From a virus (Duplodnaviria > Caudoviricetes): a stretch of 64,000 bases of DNA. The notes below the pieces were generated by a model that saw nothing but the letters and a program-made list of their open reading frames with translations, did not search any database and had not been told where the DNA came from. This document shows positions 57,590 through 64,000 of the stretch, piece by piece. The position numbers were made by a program, and so were the translations under genes. The DNA lies in the IMG/VR virus record IMGVR_UViG_3300010163_000001, positions 64,001 to 128,000 of that record; one strand, written 5' to 3'. Position 1 is the first letter of the stretch, and each line of letters begins with the position of its first letter.

Positions 57590-58576
57590 TCATTTTTTCA
57601 AGATTTTTACAATCTTATCCGCATATTTTGTAATCGTATCAGCCAACTTCGGAAAGATACTCTCATCAATATCCATCAAGTTAACACGAAGGTCAAATGA
57701 CTTATTCAGGAACATCTTTTCGATTCTCTTGATATAAAGTTCAATCATCTGCTCACGAAGCTGTTGTGGAGAATTATTTAATTCTTCCAGAGCAAAATTG
57801 GTAAGTGAATCCCAACATTCTCTCACGTCATCGGAATTCTTGTATTTGTTAACTCGATTGACTCCCTCTAATAAGACAAATGTTGCAGCCTCAATTACAT
57901 TATCCTTTCCAAACACATGCCGGAAGAAGTCTCTCCATTTTACATTTCTCTCAAATTCTCCATTCTGCTCTACTTCTGAATAGATTGTATTCAGAGTATT
58001 ATTCAAATAGAATCCAATCTGATATTTTCCAATATATTTCGGTTCCGGTATAGAAGTTAATGCTGTTACCGCAATATATTTCGGGAGTCTGCATTGCTTT
58101 GCGATATTAATCGCGTCTCGTTTAACAATTTTTCTTGCACATTTTAAAAGATCTGCGATGATGATATTGATATCTTTAATCTCATCTACCAATCGCATTG
58201 CTTCTCGTCTGCTGTAATCCCCAGCTTTCCTTTTTTCTTCAATATCGTTAATTTCGTTATTATTTGCATCAATTGCAATATTTGCAATTGATGTGAGAAA
58301 TGTTGCGTGACTTCTGGTAAATTCTCTGTACCCTTCATCCTCAATAACATCTACAATTGCTTCCATTACGAATGGTTTCGTAAATTCGGCATACATCGAA
58401 CTTACAATTTCATTTAAATTCGGAACCTTCTTTGGCTGGAACATCCATTCAATAAAGTCATCATCGTAAAACAGGGAACGTATCATTCTACGCCTTTTCT
58501 TTTTTCCCATATACTTGAAATCTCTTAACACATCCAATGCCATTTCATAATCAAACATTGCCATTTCCTCCTTCAT
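57590..58576 (-). CDS. Hypothetical alpha-helical protein
   Basis: Long ORF, promoter-like motif at 58607-58618, terminator at ~57553-57580. Confidence 0.8.
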   Translation of the reverse strand: MKEEMAMFDYEMALDVLRDFKYMGKKKRRRMIRSLFYDDDFIEWMFQPKKVPNLNEIVSSMYAEFTKPFVMEAIVDVIEDEGYREFTRSHATFLTSIANIAIDANNNEINDIEEKRKAGDYSRREAMRLVDEIKDINIIIADLLKCARKIVKRDAINIAKQCRLPKYIAVTALTSIPEPKYIGKYQIGFYLNNTLNTIYSEVEQNGEFERNVKWRDFFRHVFGKDNVIEAATFVLLEGVNRVNKYKNSDDVRECWDSLTNFALEELNNSPQQLREQMIELYIKRIEKMFLNKSFDLRVNLMDIDESIFPKLADTITKYADKIVKILKK

Positions 58577-58657
58577 TTTTTAATATTTGAATGTTGATTT
58601 CACAATGAAATAATATATATGTCTAATAAAAAAGTAAAAAAATAGGTGCGTACGCAC

Positions 58658-59194
58658 CTAATACTTTCTGCATTCATCTGACATCAATTCCTTTTTTGTT
58701 TCCTGCTTCCAGCGTTTCCTTATATTTTCCAAGTCCTTTTCCGTTGCATTATATTCCTGCCCTGGAATATGCCTGAAATCGTCTAAGGCGTCCCCTAAAA
58801 AAGAAACAGGAATAAATTCTTCGCTTTCCCCTCCATATACTCCGCTTATATCGTATGGGATATCTTTATAAAGGTAGATGATATGCCCAAACGGTGCTGC
58901 CCAGCAGACAGTGCCCCCTGGGAAAGCATCTTCTAACATCCGTGCAAAATAGTAACAATAACCGGTTGCAAATAAACTGTAGATGGTTTCTATAGTATCA
59001 TCACTTGTCCCGCCGTTTAATTCAATATCTGAAATAAATGACAGTACTCTTGTATCCGCATCCGCGCAAAACTGCAGATGCCTGTGGATGAATTCTTTTT
59101 TCATTTTTTCTTTATCCCTTTCGTTTTCCGCTTTCTTTATATGTTTAATGTGTTCTTGTGTTATCATGCCACAACCCCCTTTCAAGTTTGACAA
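58658..59194 (-). CDS. Hypothetical protein with possible Cys-His-Asp (papain/transglutaminase-like) triad
   Basis: GYCYYFARML...FGHII...YDISG; likely start MITQEH. Confidence 0.55.
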   Translation of the reverse strand: MSNLKGGCGMITQEHIKHIKKAENERDKEKMKKEFIHRHLQFCADADTRVLSFISDIELNGGTSDDTIETIYSLFATGYCYYFARMLEDAFPGGTVCWAAPFGHIIYLYKDIPYDISGVYGGESEEFIPVSFLGDALDDFRHIPGQEYNATEKDLENIRKRWKQETKKELMSDECRKY

Positions 59195-59222
59195 ACGGCA
59201 TGGGACAAGTTCCCATGCCGTT
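59194..59222 (-). terminator. Hairpin closing the large pentamer array
   Basis: AACGGCATGGGA-loop-TCCCATGCCGTT. Confidence 0.7.
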
Positions 59223-59235
59223 CATTTTCAGCTTT

Positions 59236-59871
59236 CCTTTACTTCATAACACCCAACAAGACAAAGCTATTCCATATCTTTACTAAACAACTCAACTCAT
59301 CTCTATACCTCCACACTACATCACTTTGAAGCACAAATCCATAACCATCCATACCTAACTTCACTGCACCCAACATGTCGCAACTACTCCATAACTTTAC
59401 TATACTATTCTTTGCAAGGCTACTCCATTTCTATACAAAACTCAACATGACAGTTCAGCGCCTCAACTTAACTATACTATCATAATATTTCATAGCTTCA
59501 CATCACCTGTTGCTACCAAACGATACGGTACTTTACCATTGCAATACCTCACCCCGCAATACTCATCCATCACATCACAAAACGAATCCTTTCTCTTCCT
59601 TTACTTATCATAACAATACGTTACTCTACATTAACAGTACAACTCATCTCTATGCAGTTCTTTACTTGACTGAATTATTCCCTTACATTTCATCACGTAA
59701 TCAAACCATACCATTCCCCTACTTTACAACACAACTCGTCACATTACCATTCCCAGGCGTCACGCCGCGATACGTTTCCACTCAATTCCGATGCTTTTCG
59801 CCTCATCTCTCAACAAATCCTTTACTTCACTTCACTCCACACAACGAAACCATGCCTTTACGGTGCTTTTC
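59236..59871 (-). repeat. Large pentamer-phased (GNNNN)n array, about 17 units of 31/36 nt; candidate ncRNA array
   Basis: + strand C at almost every 5th base with CC phase shifts; no long ORF on the minus strand. Confidence 0.9.
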
Positions 59872-59888
59872 TTATTTATTTTACTTAA

Positions 59889-61136
59889 TTAAAAGAGATC
59901 ATTTAACACAGAATCAATCTCATCTTGTGAGGCTTCTGTATCGGATGCTAATTTATCCTGAGAGTTATTAACTAATTCTTGTACAAGTGAAGCATCATTT
60001 GATGTATCAATTGTCTTTGTCCTCTTCAGAAATTCAGCCTGCTCTTTTACTGTGTCAATATAATACCCAATCCGATTAATCGGGTATGTCATTCCAGAAA
60101 GAATCACAACAATCTGACCATCTGTTCCTTCTGTAACGCCGTAATTTTCATATACCCCATTTTTTGGTTTATGACCAATAAAATCAAAAATTTCTTGATA
60201 ATTTCCACTTCTGGAAACTTCTGTCATATCATCTGGGCAATTGATAATTACTGCCATATGAACAGCAATTCCATCTTTTTGTATCATAACAGCAGGTCCT
60301 TTTCGGATCTCTTCAATGACACATTGCTGCATAGTCTTCTTTTCAAGAGTATTGGATGTGATATTATTCACCACATACGCTGCAAGATATCCCGGTTCCG
60401 AAATAACCGATTTCACATCATTTTCATCCATCATCTGCGAGGATGACATTCGCAAAAATTCTCCGCTGATTGCTTTAATCGTCTGAATTGCATGTTGATC
60501 CGCTTTGATAAATGCCTTATCGTTTGGCTCATCCGCAAACTGGTTCAGATCAGTTAAGCTGTATGGAATCCCAAGTTTCTGAATCTCATCCAAGCAATAT
60601 GCCGTATTGCTGAATGCAATATTGCTATCAGTATTCTTCGGAGTAATTCCATGATACATGATAATTTTCTTTGTGAACATCCTGGTCAATACTCTGCATA
60701 TTTCTGGAGAAACAGAAGGACCTGTTCCACCACCAGTTGCAGATGTTACTACAATGACATCTGCTGCCTGACATGAATTCATGAAGAACTCATTTTCTGT
60801 AAATAATTCACGTCCATTTTCCTTCCAAAGAGCGACACCTTTTCCCACATTCTTTCCTGATCCACGAGCTTCTTTTCCAACGATGAAACATGGGATCGTT
60901 CCGTCCATGATTTGATCACTCATATCTTTTACAGAAGAATTAACTGCGAATACGTCCATTCCTTCTCTGTAGCCATATGAAATAGTTTGATTACCAGCAT
61001 TTCCAACACCAATAACAAATACTCGAAGATGTACATCTTTTTCAATTTTGGTTTTAATCTTCGTTACTGGGTGTTGAACTTTTTGAGCAGCAGTTGTAAT
61101 TACTTCATGCTCTTGAATATTTTCGTTCTCTGACAT
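59889..61136 (-). CDS. Tubulin/FtsZ-family GTPase (PhuZ/TubZ-like)
   Basis: VIGVGNAGNQ, signature ATGGGTGPS, T7-like MDENDV. Confidence 0.92.
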   Translation of the reverse strand: MSENENIQEHEVITTAAQKVQHPVTKIKTKIEKDVHLRVFVIGVGNAGNQTISYGYREGMDVFAVNSSVKDMSDQIMDGTIPCFIVGKEARGSGKNVGKGVALWKENGRELFTENEFFMNSCQAADVIVVTSATGGGTGPSVSPEICRVLTRMFTKKIIMYHGITPKNTDSNIAFSNTAYCLDEIQKLGIPYSLTDLNQFADEPNDKAFIKADQHAIQTIKAISGEFLRMSSSQMMDENDVKSVISEPGYLAAYVVNNITSNTLEKKTMQQCVIEEIRKGPAVMIQKDGIAVHMAVIINCPDDMTEVSRSGNYQEIFDFIGHKPKNGVYENYGVTEGTDGQIVVILSGMTYPINRIGYYIDTVKEQAEFLKRTKTIDTSNDASLVQELVNNSQDKLASDTEASQDEIDSVLNDLF

Positions 61137-61206
61137 TTACTTGTCCTCCTTTAATTTTATTTAGATATTTTCATATCTATTGAAATAATATATTATCATT
61201 ATTTCA

Positions 61207-61929
61207 TTATATTGTTGGAGATGGTATAACTTCTGGTGGATAAACTAAATTTGTTCTAAATCCCTGCATTGTAAAATATGCATCTAAGCTATTAATTGCA
61301 ACTTTATCTTCTTGATTGTTAGATAATTCCTCTAGAGATACATATCCATCTCGATTAATTGCATTATACATTTCATTCTTTGCTCTCATATTATCAGCTC
61401 TCGGTCCTAATAATTCTTTTAGTGCATATAGAGAATCTGTTGCAACCATAGAGTATGTCTCAACGTTGGAGTTAACAGCGTTTTTATCATCACCTACAAC
61501 TTGACCAGTTTTTGGATTCCTTTGATCAATATGAATAGAGCCGGAACTTTTCTTCAACAAGGTCTGTTGCATACGTTTCTCATGAATATAACCAACTGGG
61601 ACTGGCTCTGGTGTCACGATCGGATTATCTGGGTCACCATTAATATGAGAGATTAATACATATTCAAATAATGGGATTCCTAATTCATCTGAACACTTAA
61701 AAATGTTCTCCAATGTAAGATCTCTTTCATACTCAATAATCTCCAAATAAAATCCTTTTTGCGTATCATCATTAAGAAATTCTTCAAACTTTTCTGCAAA
61801 GTCTTTATCCGATAAACTTTCATATTTTTTTTTAAATATTTTAAAATTTTCTCCAGATGGATCTAAACTATCATATAATCTTTGTACATAATCCATCACA
61901 TATTTTCGTTTTTCTTTTATTGATTTCAT
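61207..61929 (-). CDS. RNA polymerase beta extreme C-terminal fragment (second, probably virion, RNAP)
   Basis: PVGYIHEKRMQQ...RNPKTGQVVG...ETYSMVA...LKELLGPRADN (cf. VGYMYMLKL...QQPLGG...EVWALEA...LQEMLTVKSDD). Confidence 0.8.
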   Translation of the reverse strand: MKSIKEKRKYVMDYVQRLYDSLDPSGENFKIFKKKYESLSDKDFAEKFEEFLNDDTQKGFYLEIIEYERDLTLENIFKCSDELGIPLFEYVLISHINGDPDNPIVTPEPVPVGYIHEKRMQQTLLKKSSGSIHIDQRNPKTGQVVGDDKNAVNSNVETYSMVATDSLYALKELLGPRADNMRAKNEMYNAINRDGYVSLEELSNNQEDKVAINSLDAYFTMQGFRTNLVYPPEVIPSPTI

Positions 61930-61941
61930 AAAATCACTTCC

Positions 61942-62580
61942 TTACATACTAAATTCACTGCTACTCGTTGGATTATTTAATGGAGTGATATTTTCAGAAT
62001 CTTTTCCTTTTCCAAAAGTAAATACCTTGGATATCACAATTAGTCTTAATTGAATCAATTGAACATGTGCATCTGTTAATGCAATACTATCTTCATCATG
62101 AGGTCTATCTTTTCCAACTCCACGTTCTCTCTTAATTAATTCAATTTTCATTTTCTCTAATTCTTTATTCATATCTTGCATTTTCTTTATCATTAATTTC
62201 TTATCAACTTCAATGGTTGGAATCCCATCGTAATCTTCCGGCTTTGCGTACATAACTTGTGCATATTTTTTCGATGTCTTTGTCATATCAATTAACGTCA
62301 TGACATCATCAGCATCTACACTCCCTCGCTTTATATTTTTATCAACCGCTGCTAAACCATTGTCAATCTGATGGATATACATCATGATTTGATTTGGTAT
62401 TGTTGTTTTTTTCAAACGATTTGCATAGTATAATAATCTTTGTACGAAACTAATTAATTTAGTTATAAGGATTTGAATTCCTGCTATAATGTGATTTCCA
62501 GCAGATTTCATAGTGTCAGAAAACCCTTCGTTTACAATTTTATAATCTTCATAAATATTAAGATAATTCATAATATTCAC
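61942..62580 (-). CDS. Probable virion protein (leader ending VNEG)
   Basis: GAGGTG RBS; leader resembles the other putative propeptides. Confidence 0.55.
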   Translation of the reverse strand: MNIMNYLNIYEDYKIVNEGFSDTMKSAGNHIIAGIQILITKLISFVQRLLYYANRLKKTTIPNQIMMYIHQIDNGLAAVDKNIKRGSVDADDVMTLIDMTKTSKKYAQVMYAKPEDYDGIPTIEVDKKLMIKKMQDMNKELEKMKIELIKRERGVGKDRPHDEDSIALTDAHVQLIQLRLIVISKVFTFGKGKDSENITPLNNPTSSSEFSM

Positions 62581-62586
62581 CTCTTT

Positions 62587-63855
62587 CTAGTTATTCGTAA
62601 CTAATAAAATGAAATAAAAAAAGACAGCTTTACGATAATTTGTTTTTGTGCCATCTCGATTGGTTAAACGGAACGTATTTGATCCATGATTTAGCCATTT
62701 ATCCATGTGCTTTCTAACATTTACAATGTTTTTATCCACTGAATTTCCTTTTTTAATTACATCTTTCATCAATGCTAAGAATTTTAATGAATGAATCGAT
62801 TCTATAGTTGCTCTCGGATCATCCAATGTAAGATAAATATAAAACATTGATGTGTAAAAATCATGTACCTCATCACTACTTATTTCATTATGAACATATT
62901 GAAGTGTAGTTTCCAACTCTTTCACACTCACTTCTTTCGCTAACGTTGCTGCTTGTTTTGCTCTAGAAGAGCTAATACTCTCCATGAAGAATTTATTTGT
63001 ATACCTTTGTGCATAGGATTCTACAGATGCAATGATGGATGTATCTAATCTTTGTGTTCCCTGGTCATCTAATTTAGAAACACCAGTATAGACACGATTA
63101 TTATTATCATGATTTTTATAATATGCATTTGCAATTTTATTCACTTTACTACCGATATCGGATTGGATTTGATCCAGTATATATCGAATATCCTCATCAC
63201 ATGCGTTTATAACTCCTTCATGATAGTACTCAAATTTTGATTGTACTACATTTACTAATAAAGCTTTCAAGGAGCCAAGTTTCTTTATCAGACTATGGTA
63301 TGTTAAATTATTAATTGTATATACCATAACCTGCTCATCCACAGTTCCTAATGGAAATGACTTATTAAATCTTTTCCAGTAAATAGAATACCCATAATAC
63401 CCATAAAGTGCCTTTAATTTTTCTGGTTGCTTTGTAATAATGTAATATCTGGCAATTAAAAACATCGTTACCTGTAAGGGTAAAAATGCCGCTTTTTCTT
63501 TTACGTTTGGAGGCAATGGGACTTTTTTAATGTCTGCTCTTAATTCTTCCTGATTAATATTTGTGCTTCGAAATACGATATCATAATCCTCTCCTTTTTC
63601 ATTGGTTCCAAATGGAAGTATCTTTAGAAGATATGGAGAATTTATGATGTAACCATATTTATCTTCATATTTTGCAATATGTCGAAATAAATGTTTTTCT
63701 GTCTTTGGAAGAAAACTTTCAATGTTTACAAAATATTTATCCCTTAATGTAAATTCTTCTTTGAATTGATGATTGATACTATTTTCTCCTTCAAGAGCAA
63801 AATCATTATCATCCATCTCTCTCGGTATATCAAAAATAGGACTATTATAATACAT
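62587..63855 (-). CDS. Hypothetical protein, probably virion-associated (acidic leader ending ALEG)
   Basis: AGGAGG RBS; DDNDFALEG. Confidence 0.6.
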   Translation of the reverse strand: MYYNSPIFDIPREMDDNDFALEGENSINHQFKEEFTLRDKYFVNIESFLPKTEKHLFRHIAKYEDKYGYIINSPYLLKILPFGTNEKGEDYDIVFRSTNINQEELRADIKKVPLPPNVKEKAAFLPLQVTMFLIARYYIITKQPEKLKALYGYYGYSIYWKRFNKSFPLGTVDEQVMVYTINNLTYHSLIKKLGSLKALLVNVVQSKFEYYHEGVINACDEDIRYILDQIQSDIGSKVNKIANAYYKNHDNNNRVYTGVSKLDDQGTQRLDTSIIASVESYAQRYTNKFFMESISSSRAKQAATLAKEVSVKELETTLQYVHNEISSDEVHDFYTSMFYIYLTLDDPRATIESIHSLKFLALMKDVIKKGNSVDKNIVNVRKHMDKWLNHGSNTFRLTNRDGTKTNYRKAVFFYFILLVTNN

Positions 63856-64000
63856 GATTTATTTCCTCCTTTCTTTTTTTTAATTAAATTACTACTTTGT
63901 TGTTTTTACGAGTGAATCAACAAAAAAAGAGGCGACACATTGCTATTCTTATCTTTACAGTATGTAATTGATAGCAGATTATTCTGCTATCAATATTACG

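Noticed and set aside
55759-58576. Chimallin (nuclear shell) gene near the tubulin
   Set aside because: The orphans are much shorter than known chimallins and show no motif I can recognise; it cannot be supported without a structure search.
59236-59871. CRISPR array
   Set aside because: Unit length is CRISPR-like, but there is no constant direct repeat alternating with spacers and no cas gene in the window.
59510-59971. 153-aa + strand ORF rich in T/H/P/L
   Set aside because: By-product of the G-poor strand of the pentamer array; TTG start without RBS; overlaps the tubulin gene antisense.
1-64000. Alternative genetic code (stop-codon reassignment)
   Set aside because: Long conserved genes are intact in code 11; TAA, TAG and TGA all end genes; only one internal TGA was seen.

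Overview
AT-rich, gene-dense segment of a jumbo bacteriophage of the phiKZ/AR9(PBS1)-like type, most likely infecting an anaerobic Firmicute (strong AGGAGG RBSs, CHAP-SH3b lysin, class III RNR). Most genes are on the minus strand. Core genes: four split multisubunit RNA-polymerase subunits belonging to two enzymes (beta N, beta C and beta' C, plus a second short beta C-terminal piece), tubulin/FtsZ-like protein, RecA/UvsX, SbcC/Rad50, SF2 helicase, NAD-dependent ligase, Rnl1 RNA ligase, NrdD with a mini-intein, ThyA, DHFR, a dUTPase fusion, SSB and MazG. A cluster of putative virion-packaged polyproteins (39.5-49.2 kb) has enzymatic domains separated by A-x-E motifs resembling head-protease sites. 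The most unusual signal is two non-coding arrays (59236-59871 and 13982-14108). On the transcribed strand they carry a G every 5 nt with variable bases in between, organised into 31/36-nt units by a GG phase shift, and each lies between a stop codon and a terminator-like hairpin. They are a candidate pentamer-phased guide-RNA or protein-filament binding system. Also notable: an ~80-bp promoter/leader module reused in front of four unrelated small orphan genes. All calls come from motif reading; no searches were run.
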